From assembly GCA_028826165.1 (NCBI GenBank), contig JAPDFW010000110.1, positions 62,001-126,000 on the forward strand: DNA of 64,000 nt, in the 5' to 3' direction. Position 1 is the stretch's first letter. Each line of letters opens with the position of its first letter. Source of the stretch: Anaeramoeba ignava BMAN. Lineage: Eukaryota; Protista; Anaeramoebae. The notes under the pieces were generated by a model that was not told where the DNA came from, made no database searches, and saw nothing but the letters and a program-made list of their open reading frames with translations. This document shows, in pieces, positions 1-12,928 of the stretch. Made by a program: the position numbers and the translations under genes.

Positions 1-248
1 AATAGATTAAAGTTTTTCCTTTAAAAATTTAAAGAAATTAATTTCGATCAAATTTATTTTAATTTTAAACAAAAAAAAACAAAACAAAAAAAAAATATTC
101 AAAAGAAGGCAAATTTCCTATTTATTTTCACAAGCATTTAAATTTTTTTTTTCTTATTGATTATTTTGATTTCATTTTTGATTTTTCCTTTTTCATTTTT
201 ATCTTTACATTTTTTTTATTTCTATACACTTTTTTTTTTTCCAAATTA

Positions 249-2061
249 ATGGGAAACAAACATAATCAATCAATTAAAAAAATAAACTGTTCAAAAAAAT
301 TCAAACTATTCAAAAAAAAGTCTAATTGTTTGGCTTTATTAGATAAACATTATAAATTAATTAGTTCAAATTCCAAATTCAAAGAATTATTAAAAATTCA
401 AAATGAAGCTCAATCAGTTTTCTTTATTGATCTTTGTACTGAAAAGAATTGATTAATTTATTAAATTATTTTTGATTTTTGTTAAAAAGAGTTTGATTAA
501 TTTTTTTACAAATTTAAATTTATTTCAATTTTATTATTTAATTGATTAAATTTAAATTTTATTAATTTAAATTAAATTGATTAATTTTATTAAATTTAAT
601 TGATTAATTTTATTATTATTTAATTGATTAATTTTATTATTATTTAATTGATTATTTTTATTAAAAATTAAAATTGATTAATTTTATTATTATTTAATTG
701 ATTAATTTTATTTAAATTAAATTGATTAATTTTATTAAATTAAAAATTTTTTAATTAAAATTAAATTTATTAATTTTATTAAATTAAATTGATTAATTTT
801 ATTAAATTAAATTTATTAAATTAAATTAAATTGATTAATTTTTATTAAATTAAATTGATTGATTTTATTAAATTAAATTGATTAATTTTATTAAATTAAA
901 TTGATTTATTTTATTAAATTTAAATTGATTAATTTTATTAAATTAAATTGATTGATTTTATTAAATTTAATTGATTAATTTTATTAAATTAAATTGATTA
1001 ATTTTATTAAATTTAAATTGATTAATTTTATTAATATAAATTAAATTGATTAATTTTATTAAATTAAATTGATTAATTTTATTAAATTTGATTAATTTTA
1101 TTAATTTTTAATTAAATTTTTTAAATTTAAATTGATTAATTTTATTATTATTAAATTAAATTGATTAATTTTATTAAAATTAAATTAAAATTGATTAATT
1201 TTTATTAAATTAAATTAAATTGACAATTTATTAAATTTAATTTAAATTAAATTAAATTGATTAAATTTTATTAAATTAAATTGATTAATTTTTTATTAAA
1301 TTAAAATTAATTTTAATTTTATTAAATTAAATTGATTAATTTTATTAAATTAAATTGATTTATTTTATTAAATTAAATTGATTAATTTTATTAAAATTAA
1401 TTGATTAATTTTATTAAATTAAATTGATTAATTTTATTAAATTAAATTGATTAATTTTATTAAATTAAATTAATTTAATTGATTTTATTAATTTAAATTG
1501 ATTGATTTTATTAAATTAAATTGATTGAATTTTATTAAATTAAATTGATTTTATTAATTTTAATCTATATTCTTCCAAAAAAAATTAGTTTTCATCCAGT
1601 TTGTATCGAATTTCATATGAAAGATTTACTTAATGAAGAATTTTGGGTTCAATTATTTGTAATTTCTTTTTCCTTAAATTTATTTTTATTTATTTATATT
1701 TTTATTTATTTTTATTTATTTAAAGATTTGTCCTAAAAAAAAATCCAAAAAATCAAACTTTTTCATTTCAATTGAAAAAATAAAATTTCTTGAAACAAAA
1801 TCATCTCAAAATTTATTTTTAGAACATGAATACAAAGCAACTTCCGTCTCTGATTCAGAAAATGAATATTCAACTCAATCATTGGATCATTCAAATTCAA
1901 AAGAGAAAAATAAAGATGATATTCCAGAAAGTTCAGATGATTCAACAATTACAGAAGATTTTATTTCTTGGGATCCAACATTTTCTATTTACACTTCTCT
2001 TCAAACACCACCAGAATCTCAAGAATTTATAAATGTTTTTCAAGAAGAAGATGAAAAATAG
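249..2061 (+). CDS. PAS-like domain protein with acidic/Ser-rich tail; 3 exons (~249-435, ~1600-1658, 1726-2061; exon 2 acceptor uncertain)
   Basis: MGNK start (possible myristoylation); NCLALLDKHYKLISSNSKFKELL and EEFWVQLF resemble PAS halves; GT at 436 and 1659, AG at 1599 (phase-compatible) and 1725; last exon open to TAG 2059-2061. Confidence 0.45.
500..1560 (+). repeat. Intronic satellite, ~23-nt unit TAAATTAAATTGATTAATTTTAT
   Basis: Degenerate tandem repeat read directly, inside intron 1 of the PAS-like gene. Confidence 0.85.
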
Positions 2062-2244
2062 TTTTTTTTTTTATTATGCATTATTTTCACTTTTTTTTTT
2101 GTTAAATTTTTGTAAATCAAAGAAAAAATAACAAAAAAGGAATTTTTTTAAATCATTCCAATTTTAATTCAATTTAAAAAAAAAAAATTGTTGTTTGTTT
2201 TTGTGTTTTCAAAATAAAATTAATCGAAACAAATAATTAGCAAA

Positions 2245-2783
2245 TCAAACATTAAAACTTTCTCCACAACCACATTTTTCTTTTAAAATAAAAAAATGCA
2301 AAATAAAATTTAGATTTAAAAGATTTAAAAGATTTAAAGATAATTTTATTTACCTTTAATATTTGGATTTTGAATAACAAATTCTGTACGAAGAGGAGTT
2401 TCAATAAAATCAATAGTTGAACCAATAACAGACATTAAACTATTAATATCAACAAAAACCTAAAAAGAAAGAAAGAAAGAGAATTTTTTTAAATTATTAA
2501 ATTTCAAAAGAAAAAAAAAGCAAACTTTAATTCCATTTGATTCTTGAATTTCATCAGTTGGATTTTTTTCTTTTGCATAATCTAAAGCATAAGTATTTCC
2601 TTTACAACCTCTTTGTTCAACTATAATTCTAATTCCTTTTACATTTTTTTTATCAAGAATTAATTTTCGAATTTGTTCAGCAGCAGATTTACTAACAGTT
2701 AATAAAGTTTTATTTGAAGAAGTAGAAAAGAATTTCTGAAAAATTTTATTTGAAGAAGTTGAAAAGATTTTTTGTAAAGACAT
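2245..2783 (-). CDS. ISCA1: Iron-sulfur cluster assembly A-type carrier, IscA1-like; exons 2783-2526, 2459-2354, 2279-2245
   Basis: RGCKGNTYALDY and C-terminal KCGCGESFNV* after splicing GT-AG introns 2525-2460 and 2353-2280; Ser/Lys/Phe-rich N-terminal extension. Confidence 0.92.
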
Positions 2784-2954
2784 TTTTTTTTTTTAAAATG
2801 AAAAAAATGAAAAAAAATGAAAATGAAATTTTAATTTCAAATGTTTTTTTGTTTCTTTGTTTTCTTGATGGAATTGTTTTAGAAAAAAAATTTTTTTTTT
2901 CAATTTTCAATTTTCATTTTTTTTTCATTTTTTTTTCATTTTTTTTTCATTTAG

Positions 2955-3002
2955 AAATAAAATATAATTAAAATAAAATATAATTAAAATAAAATATAAT
3001 TA
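2955..3002 (+). repeat. 3 x 16-bp tandem repeat AAATAAAATATAATTA immediately upstream of ATG 3013
   Basis: Read directly. Confidence 0.8.
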
Positions 3003-3012
3003 AAATAAAAAA

Positions 3013-6000
3013 ATGAAACCATTAATAGAAAATGAAAAAACACGAACAAATACAAACGAACAAAATCCAAGTGGGAAAAGTGGGGTAACACCATTAATCA
3101 AAGAAAAACTACAAAAAGCAAAAATGGAGAAATGGAATGTACTTGATTTAAGTACAGTAGGAATTTCGTACATTCCAGAAGAAGCTTTAGAATTAAAACA
3201 ATTATCATGGGTTTATTTAGATAATAACAGTATTTCTTTATTACCTTCGCAAATCAATCAGTTAAAAAATTGCGAAGTTCTATGGCTTAATTCCAACAGG
3301 ATTTCCCAACTTCCTAATGAAATTGGCGACATGTTTAATCTTCTTCTTTTAAATCTTAACGACAATTTACTTGTTTCTCTTCCAGATTCTATTGGAAATT
3401 TAACTCGTTTAAGTGAACTTGATCTTTGCAATAATCAACTTAAAAATCTTCCGTTTTCTATCGGAAATCTCAAGGTTTTGAAAGAGCTTTATTTAACTGA
3501 TAATGAAATTGTTTCCATTCCTGAACAAATTGGTTTTTTAACAGATTTGATCAAGTTGGATCTTTCTGGTAATCAGATTCAAAATTTACCTTCTTCTTTT
3601 GGCGGTTTAGAATCTTTGGAAGAATTAGGATTGTCTTTTAATTTTCTTCAAAATCTTCCCAAAAGCGTAAACGAATATTTTATTTATATATTTATTTATT
3701 CCCAAAAAAAATTTTTATAAATTTATTTCTCCAAAAAAAAAAAAAAAAAAGTTCTGTGATTTATCAAATTTGGAAGAATTATATTTAAATGATAACCAAC
3801 TTTCTTCTCTTCCAGATGAACTCGGTAATTTAATTGCTCTTCGAGAACTTGAATTAAATAACAATCTTCTAAAAGAATTACCAGAAAGCATTTGCAATTT
3901 AAAAAATTTATCTTTTTTATATCTCAATATGAATAAACTCGAAAAATTGCCTCAAAATATCGGCAACCTTGAATCACTTTCCGCACTTTGGCTGCATTCA
4001 AATTCATTAGAATCACTTCCAAGATCAATTGGTCTTCTTACGTCTTTAACTTCTCTTAAACTTTCTGATAACCAACTTCTTGATCTTCCTTCTGAGATTG
4101 GCGATTGCGTTAATTTGACCGAATTGGATCTCTACAAAAATAAATTGGAAACTGTTCCTTCTTCTTTTGGGCAATTAAAATTTCTACAAAAACTCATTTT
4201 GACTGAAAATCGAATTAACACTTTACCTCCAGAACTCGGAAATCTTAATCATCTCTCGAAATTATATCTTGTTGGAAATCAAATTTCGGATTTACCAATA
4301 GAATTTGAGAAACTTTCTTCACTTCAAGAACTTGGTAAGTTCAAAAAAAAAATAGTTCTCGATTTTGTTCTCAATTTTTTTTATTTAATTTAAATTTTAT
4401 TTTATTTAAATTTTAGGTCTTTCTTCTAATAAATTTTTTCGTGTTCCTGAATTTCTTTCCTCTTTGCCTACATTAACAAAGCTTTTTATCGATGAAAATC
4501 CAATAGGAATTCCTAAAAGAGTTATGAACAAAAAGGCACAAGAAATCATCTCGTATTTCCGAGACAGAAAACGCAATATTGTTCTAATTTTGCCTTCAAA
4601 TACCCCAAATAACATTCGCAAACAACTTCTCGATAGAGGAGAATACACAAAAAATCATTCCCAAAAACAAAGCAACTCAATGAATTTTGCGATCAATAAA
4701 AACTCAAAGAATCAGGATGTTTCGTTTGAAAGAAAAAATATCAACGAAAATATAGATTTGGAAGATCAAAATCAAAATCAAAATAAAATACTATTTGAAT
4801 CTCAAGAACAGCAATTAACCAAAGAAAATCAAGACGCAATCCCACAAGATAATTTTGAGTCGCAAACAAATTCAATTCCAAGAAACATCCCGAAAAGTTT
4901 AATGTCTTCCACAGAATATCTTCCTCAAGAACGATCTTTAAAACTTCCATCAGCAAGAAATTCGCTAATTGAATTGCAACTAAACAGCAAACCAAATAAT
5001 TCTCAGTTTGAATATTATGTCCAAGATGATTATGATTCCTCAGAATATATAAACGATAATATTTACATTGAAAATTTTGAGACTGTTCAATTTTCAGATT
5101 CGGATGAATTCAGTTCCCAAAAATCAAATGTTGAATTTAGTGATAATGAATTTGATGAGAACGAAAACGACAATAAAAATGGGAATTATGATGGAAATGG
5201 AATTGAAAACCAAAATGAAATTGAAATTGAAAATCAAAATGAAATTGAAAATGGAAATGAAAATGAGAATTCTTTCCAAATTTTCAACCTAAATCGAAGA
5301 AATAAATCAATGAATACGCTCCAAAATATGAACAAAAATATCAATATTCAAAACCATTTTTTTTCAAGCCAGAACTTGCATTTCGACTCAAAAATACGCG
5401 AGTTACGAATGCTGTTAGAAAGAGAAAGACAAGAACTTGAATTCGAAAGAAATTTACTTTATGAAGAAAAAAAAAACGCGAAACAAGAACGCGAAAAATA
5501 TGAAAAAGCAGCAAATCAGCTGCAGAAAAGATTAGCGGAAATGGAAAGATATGACGAAATAGACATCAGCGAAATCACGCTTATTGAAGAAATTGGAAGC
5601 GGAACATTTGGAAAAGTTTTCCTTGGAAAATGGCGAGGAAAACAAGTTGCGGTTAAAAAAATAAACTCTGAATTTCACACACAAGATTATTTGGAAATTT
5701 TCCGAGGCGAAGTCCACTTGATGAGCAAAACAAGACATCCGAATGTAATTTTATTTATGGGCGCACATGCAACACCGCCAAATATATTCCTTGTTGTTGA
5801 ATACATGCAAGGAGGCAATTTATACGATGCAATCCGTCGCAAGAATTTTGACATCTCAGAAAACAACAAAATACGGATTGCATTGGATATTGCGCTTGGA
5901 ATGAATTACTTGCATTCATTTAAACCCAAAATGATTATTCATCGCGACTTGAAAAGTCTTAACGTTCTACTTGATGAACATGGAAACGCAAAAGTCGCCG

Positions 6001-6356
6001 ATTTTGGTCTTTCAAGACTCAAAAGCGAAAGCAATAAACACACATCCTTTAGAGGCTCGCCTTGCTGGATGGCCCCAGAAATCTTCCGCAACGAACCTTA
6101 TAATGAAAAGGCCGATGTTTATTCTTATGCTATTGTTCTCTGGGAACTTTGCACTAGATCCTTTCCTTACGTTAAAATTTCAGACCCGATCCAAATCGGT
6201 TTGGAAGTCGGTTATCATCATATGCGTCCTGATATCTCAAAAGTCAAACAACCCCATTGGCAGAATCTTATTATGGATTGCTGGAAAGACGATCCTTCTA
6301 CTCGTCCTTCTTTTGAAGATATCATTAAAGTTTTGGAACATTTTCAAGAATTATAA
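3013..6356 (+). CDS. Leucine-rich repeat + coiled-coil + TKL-family protein kinase; exons 3013-3666, 3752-4334, 4417-6356
   Basis: Many LxxLxLxxNxLxxLP repeats; kinase motifs GSGTFG, VAVK, HRDLKSLN, DFG, WMAPE; introns 3667-3751 and 4335-4416 restore one frame. Confidence 0.92.
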
Positions 6357-6482
6357 ATCCTTTTTTAACTGTATTTTTCTTTTCTTAATTTCATTTTGTG
6401 TTGTTTTTGTTGTTTCTTTCTTTTTTTTTTAAAATCATTTTTTTTTTTCTGAAATCATTTTTTTTCTTTTTCTTGTTTTGAA

Positions 6483-7652
6483 ATGTTAACCAATTCTTTT
6501 AATAATTTAACTTTAAATCAAAGAAATGGATCAACCTCTCAATTTTATTTCAATTTATTTGGGAATCCAATCAAAAATATTCATAATAAAGCTTTACAAA
6601 AAGAAAATAAAAATAAAAATAAAAATAAAAATAAAAAAATTAAAATCCAAAAGAAACTTCCTCATAAATTAATACATCCTGTTCATAAAGTCCCAGTTTT
6701 ATCTCTTATTTTTGGCTGGTTTGGATGCCAGCCATATATTTTACAAAAATATGTCGATTTGCATAAAGATTTAGATTTTAATTCAATTCCTGTTACAGAT
6801 TCAAGATTATCTTTGTATCAAAAAGAAAAAAGAAATTTCCCCAAATCCTAATTTAAATTTTCCCATTTCTTTTTTTCTTATTTATGTTTAGATTATTTCC
6901 TCTTCATTATGGAAGAAATTTTGGAAAAAGAGTTGTTCAGGAAATTCTTGATCAAAATCTTGAAGATTCTTATATTTTATTCCATTGCTTTTCAGGTCAT
7001 GGATTTTATAATTGTTGTCATTTTCTTCAAGAATTAAGAATCCAAAAAAACTCAAATCCAAAAGCAGAAAAACTCGACTCAAATATCACTGGAATCATTT
7101 TTGATTCTTCTCCTCCAATTCCTTCTAAACAATTAATTATAAAAGGGGTTACAAACTCTTTTCCAAAAGCCCCTAATATTGTGAAAAAAATGGTTAAATT
7201 TGGCTCAAATGTTTTTACTAAAATTCAGCCAACAGTTTTAAGTCATTCCAAGAAAATAATGGGTTTGACAAAAACAGGTGAATTTTCCCTTGAATTCCCT
7301 CAATTATATTTATACTCAAAAAGTGACAATGTTTGTCCTTATCAAGAAGTTGAGGAATTTTTAGCAAATCAGAAGAAAATTGGAAATTGTGTTGAATCTG
7401 TAAAAAATTAAAATTATAAATTAAAATTATAAATTAAAATTATTTTAAAACTATTCTATAGAAATTTAATTCTAATTAATTTTAATTCCCATTTTTAATT
7501 TTTAATTTTAGTTTTTTTGGGAAAATGTTCCTCATGTTCAACTTTTTAGATTTCATCCAATTCAATATAAAAAACTTATTAAAGATTTTACTGATAAAGC
7601 AATTATAAGACAAAAAAATAAAATTAAAAATGAAAAAGAAAAAGAAAAATAA
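6483..7652 (+). CDS. TMEM53/DUF829-family alpha/beta-hydrolase-fold protein; exons 6483-6814, 6892-7399, 7512-7652
   Basis: IFGWFGC..LQKY, FHCFSGHG, IIFDSSP, PQLYLYSKSD, PHV motifs; GT-AG introns 6815-6891 and 7400-7511. Confidence 0.8.
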
Positions 7653-7785
7653 TAAAAAAAATAAAAATAATAAAAATAAAAAAAATAATAAAAAGATCTG
7701 CCAGAAAACAAAAACAAAAAGTGGATCAAAAAAAAAAAAAAGAAAAAAAGTTTTTATTATTTTTTTCTTCTCTTTTATAAAAAAA

Positions 7786-10700
7786 ATGGATCATTTGATC
7801 TCAATTAGAATTAAAGGTTTTAAATCTTTTCTTCGTGAACAATCAATTGATTTTTCAAAAGAATTTAATTGTATTGTTGGGAAAAATGGAACAGGAAAAT
7901 CCTCCATTTTAGAAGCAATTGCTTTTGTTTTAAATCTTAACAAAAAAATTTCAAAAGAACAATTAAATAATTTTGTTTGCAATTTAATCCATAAGGATCA
8001 AAGAGCTGAAATTTCCCTTCTTTTTTCTTCTCAAAAAAATATAACACTTTCTGCTGAAATTTTTGCTGGAAAAACTCCTTCTTACATTTTCAAAATTAAT
8101 GGGAAAATTAAATCAAGAGCTGAAATGAAAAAATTCCTTTTTGAGAATGGAATTGATGTGAGAAATCCTCTTTTTTACATTCGACAAAATACGATTACTG
8201 AGATACTGAATCAAAAGTATTGTTTTCTTTTTCTTTCTTTTCTTAATGATTTATTTTATTAATTTCAAAAAAAAAAAATAATCTCAGACCAAAAGAATTA
8301 GTTTCTGCAATTTTTCAAGCTTCTGGAACTCAATATTTTTTTGATAATGTTGAGCTAACAAATAATGAATTAGAAAAATGGGAAAGGAAAGCTCAAGAAA
8401 TTCAAGAAAATATTTCTCTTTTTGAAGATTCTTTGAGAAAAGATCAAGAAAAAATTTTAAAATTCGAAAGAAAAAAAGATCTGGATTTCCAAATCCCAAA
8501 TCTGAAATTTTCAGTTCTTTCTTTCAAAATGCAAAATGTGCAATCACTCATCTTCAATTTGAAAAATGAAAAAATTAACAATGAATTGGAAACTCAAAAA
8601 ATTATCCAAAAATTGGAAAAACTCCAGAACTCAAAAGAAAAAACACAAAAATCTCTCCATTTTCATTTCCAAAGATTAGAAAACGAAAAAAACCACAATA
8701 ACCAACAAATTCTTGAGAAAATCCAAGAAAAAACAAAAGAAGAATCAAATCAACAGGAAAAACTCAATCTTTATCAAACAAATTACAAAAAATCTTTGAA
8801 TTGGGAAAAAGATAATTCTCAAGCTCTTCTTCTTAACAATCAACAAATCCAAAATATTCAATCTAAAATCGCTTCAAGAAAAGGAATAATCCAAAGTGTT
8901 CTTGAGAAAAAAATTAGAACTGAAAATGAATTATCAAAACTTCAACTCGAAAAAAATCAAGGAATTTCCTTATTCCAAAAACAATCTTCTCTGAATGAAG
9001 AAATGATCTCTCTGCAAAAAGAATTATCAATCCTCATCCAGAAAGAGAAAATTCTCAAAGATGAGAATAATTCAATCAAAAACATTCTTTCTTCTCAGAA
9101 AGAAAATTCAGAAAATATTTTAAAGCAACAAATTTCACACTCAAAAGAGAAAGTTGAAATGTTTAATGAGAAATTAATCTCAGAAGATGCCAAAAATAAT
9201 GAAATTCAACTCCAAAGCATTCTTAAACAAAAAAAGGATTTAACTACTCAAATTACACATTTGGAAAAATCAATTTCACAAATGAGTTTGGATGAGAGCC
9301 ACTTCCAAAACTGGATGCTCAATTCTTATCATAAAAGTCAGCATTTCTTTCCAATCCAAATTGAGAAAATTGGTTTTGTTTATGGAACAGTTTTAAGTTT
9401 ATTTGAGCTGAAAAAAGAGGCTCAGAAATATCTCACAGCATTAAATTCAATTGTGAGTTCCAAAATATTTTGTGTTTGTACTGAGAACATTTCAGTAGCA
9501 AATTTTATTTTGGATAAAGCTCATCAAAACCATAAAAATATTCGAATTTGGTCTTTGGATAGAATTAAATTTCATTATTCTAAACAATTCCAAAATTTTC
9601 TTCAGGAATATCACTCTAAAAAGCAATGGAATGAAGAAGATGTGATAATTCCTTTGGATTTGATAACAATTCAAGATGATAAATTTCTTCAAATTGTAAG
9701 AAAATGTTTTGGAGAAGTTGTAATTTCAAGAAATGATGAGATTGCTAAAAAATTAATTTCTCAGTATCAAATCTCAAGTGCGACTTTATCAGGAGATATT
9801 CATAGGAAAGGGATGTTATCAGGAGGTTATCTTCAAAAAAAATCTAATCCCTTTTTGGAAAAATTCAAAAAATTGCAAAAAATCCAACAAATGAAAGAGA
9901 TTGAAAAGGAATTATTGAATTTAGAAAATGAATCCCGACTTCTTCTCAAATCACAAGAGAATTTAACAAAAATCCAATTGGAGAAAAAGAAAGAACAAAA
10001 TCGATTGAATGAATTAACAAGAAATTTAGAAGAAAAACAAAGGAGATACACAAACCTCAAAAGAGAATTGGGAGAAAACGAAGAAGAATTATCCAAACTT
10101 TCTCATAAAATTCAATCTTTAATGGAATTTGAAAAATTGAAAAGAGATCAATTATCCCAAATTGAAAGTTTGAAAAATCACAATTCCTCAAATTTTCTCT
10201 TTGATCCTGAAATGATTGGCCATCTTGAATCTCAAATAAATCATTTCTTGAAAGAAATTCAAGAAATGAAAAAGATTCAAAGGGAAGAAAAGAAAACAAT
10301 AAAAGAATTAATTGTTCAGCAAAAAATAATACAAGAAGAAAGAAAAGAAATTGGAGATCCTTCCAAAATGAAATTGAATATCCGAGAAATCCAAATCCAA
10401 ATTGGAAAAACTCAACAAGAACTTGAAGAACTTCAAAAAAATCATGAAGAGAAACTAAAAGAGTTAAAATTATTTGAAGAAAAAATAAACCAAAAAAGAG
10501 AAAAGGAAAAGAAGTTAAACGTTGATATTGAAACATCTTGTAAATTAAAAAAGGAGTTATCTGAAAAGAATGAAAGGAATGAGGAAAAAATAAATTTACT
10601 TCTAATGGATGAAAAGAAACTCAAGAAAAAAATTGAAGAAATGGCACAAAATAACAAACAAATCAACAAAGAAAAAATTTTTGAAATTGAAACTGAAACT

Positions 10701-11432
10701 GATTTCCAAAAAGCGAGTCTTAATCTAAAAAAAATGAAAAATGAAAGAGAAACTCTTGAAAAATTCCACTTCCAAATTCAAGATCGTTTACTCATTGAAA
10801 ATCGAAAATTACAAATTTCTGAATTCAAAGAAAAACATCAAAATATACAGAAAAGTATTCTAATATTAAAAGAGGGAATGGATTCTTCCAAAGAAAAAGT
10901 GGAAAAAGTCAACAAAATTGCCTTTTCATCAATTAAAAAGAAATTTTCACAAATTTTCCAAAGTTTAGTAAGTTCAAAAGAAGTGGAAATTAGAATAGTT
11001 GATGATTCTTCAATTTTAGAGAATGGGATTTGTTTTTGGACTAGAAACCAAAACTCTGATTGGAAAGAGGGATTATCTGAGTTATCAGGAGGAGAGAAAT
11101 CTTGTTTAGCTTTAGCTTTTATCTTTGCTGTTGCTAGATATAAAAAACCTGTTTTTTACATTCTTGATGAAAGTGATAGTGCTCTTGATGATCTTCTTTC
11201 AAGTAAAGTTGCCAAATTATTAAAAAACTCCAAAGATCAAATAATTGCAGTTTCTCATCATCAATGTTTTCAAATTGAGGTAAAGAAAAGTTTTTTCTTT
11301 TTTGTTTTTAATCAATTAATCCTTTTTCTTTTTTCTTTTAAAAAATAGGCATCAAGATCTATTCAATTAAGTAAAGAAAAAGGGTATTCTGAAGTTATTC
11401 GAATAATGGATAGATTGGAACAATTTAATTGA
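7786..11432 (+). CDS. SMC-family ATPase, divergent SMC2-like (~1168 aa); exons 7786-8216, 8288-11279, 11349-11432
   Basis: GFKSF, Walker A GKNGTGKS, long coiled coils, hinge (VYGTVLSL...TLSGD...GMLSGG), signature LSELSGGEKS, Walker B YILDESDSALD, VSHH. Confidence 0.88.
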
Positions 11433-11511
11433 ATTCAAAAGAAATTTTTTTTGTTTTTTTCGGAATTTATTTTCTTTATGAAATAAGAAATAAGAATCAA
11501 ATCTAATAATT

Positions 11512-12832
11512 TTAATTATCATCTTCTTTTTCGCTACTTTCTGATTCTGCTGTTTTTAACCATTCAACAAAAGGTTTTGCTTTTTCAATAACTAAATCAA
11601 AAGTAGGTTGTTTTGAAAATTTAGAAGATTTTTGATTTGCCCATTCAAGAATAAATTCTTCTTCAATCAAATCTTGGTCATAAAAGGCTTTAACCAAATG
11701 AGGAACAAATTCAATCAAATCAGGATAATCTTCTCCGCATAATCTTTCAATAAATCCTAACACAGCAAGTTTAGCTCTTTTCGTTTTGATCAACTAAAAA
11801 AGAAGGAATAATTATAAATTTTAAATCAGAAAAATATGTTTTAAATTTCATTTCAAACCAATGATAAGACTTCTTTTCTTTGAGGAATTTCTTCAAGCAT
11901 ATTTTTTCCAAATAATAATTCACAAACGAATAATGTTCTTGTTGTTTGATTCCAAGATAATTTTTCAGAAACATCCTTTAATTTTCTTTGCAATTGAAGT
12001 GTCTGAAGGATTAAGTAACAAAAACTTGCGAAATTTTTCCAACAACAAACTCATATTAGATTTTTCAGGTTTTGTGTGTTGAACCAATTTTACTTTTTCC
12101 TTGCAATCGTTTTTGTTGGGCTTCGTTTGAAGTATCCAAACTCCAATCATTTTCATTAACTTTAACATCAGGAAAATTCATATTAAGGTTTGAATCATTT
12201 TGATTTTCATTTTGATTTTCATTTTGATTTTGATTTTGATTTTGATTTTCATTTTCTTCTTTTTTCTTTTGTTGTTGCTTTTGTTTCTTTTTGTTCTTCT
12301 TCTTATTAGCATTTTCTTGTGCTTTTTGTAATTGTGATGATTTTATAATGAAAGAAATTAAACGATCCGATTTATTCTTTCTTGATACACAACCACTTGC
12401 TCTACATTTAAATTCAATATCATTTGTTCCAACAACAAGATCTAATTCAGGTAATTTACAAACTGGACAAAGAATATACTTTTCAATAAATTTAAATATT
12501 AAATCTTGGATTTGACTCTCTTCAAAAACTCCTTTGATTACTGTTTGCTTTTGTTCTTCATTCCACCAAGCACGAGAAGCAAGTTCAGTTGAGAAAAATT
12601 GTGTCATATCTATTTAGAAAAAAAAAAAGTAAGTAAAATATTTTTATTTTTATTTTTATTTATTTAATTTACATTCAGGTTTTGTTTCTAAACTTTCAGA
12701 AATATCTTTAATATTTGTAATTATTGTTTTTGTATTTCCTCCTCTTCCTTTTTGAATTGTTTCAACTGGATCCATTTTATAACGATATGATGGATCATTT
12801 ATATCTCTTCTAATATTAATTCTATTATCCAT
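11512..12832 (-). CDS. EIF5: Translation initiation factor eIF5; introns 12672-12610 and 11858-11794; two apparent +1 frame breaks (~12097, ~11980)
   Basis: DPSYRYKM, GRGGNTKT, FIEKYILCPVCKLPE zinc ribbon, W2 domain ending FYDQDLIEEEFILEW...AKPFVEWLKTAESE. Confidence 0.9.
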
Positions 12833-12928
12833 TTTCCAAATAATTTATGAAAAAAAAAAGTGAAAAAAATTTTTTTTTTTTAAAATTCATTTTTTCATTT
12901 TTTTCACTTTTTTTTTTATAAAAAACAA
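12833..12928. promoter_or_regulatory. 96-bp bidirectional promoter (eIF5 / ARMC8) with oppositely oriented TTTCAYTTT motifs
   Basis: Head-to-head ATGs; TGAAAA motifs on the left, TTTCATTTT motifs on the right; same layout at 2784-3012, 24868-24980 and 39224-39330. Confidence 0.6.

Noticed and set aside
6815-6891. U12-type intron (GTATC start)
   Set aside because: Donor is GTATCAAA, not GTATCCTT, and there is no convincing U12 branch site
7630-7785. Lys-rich N-terminal extension of SMC in the ORF track
   Set aside because: Overlaps the end of the upstream gene and A-rich intergenic DNA; SMC homology starts at ATG 7786 (MDHLISIRIKGFKSF)
7786-11432. Intein in SMC or other NTPases
   Set aside because: Protein lengths are normal; no C/S...HN-C/S/T insertion or homing-endonuclease motifs seen
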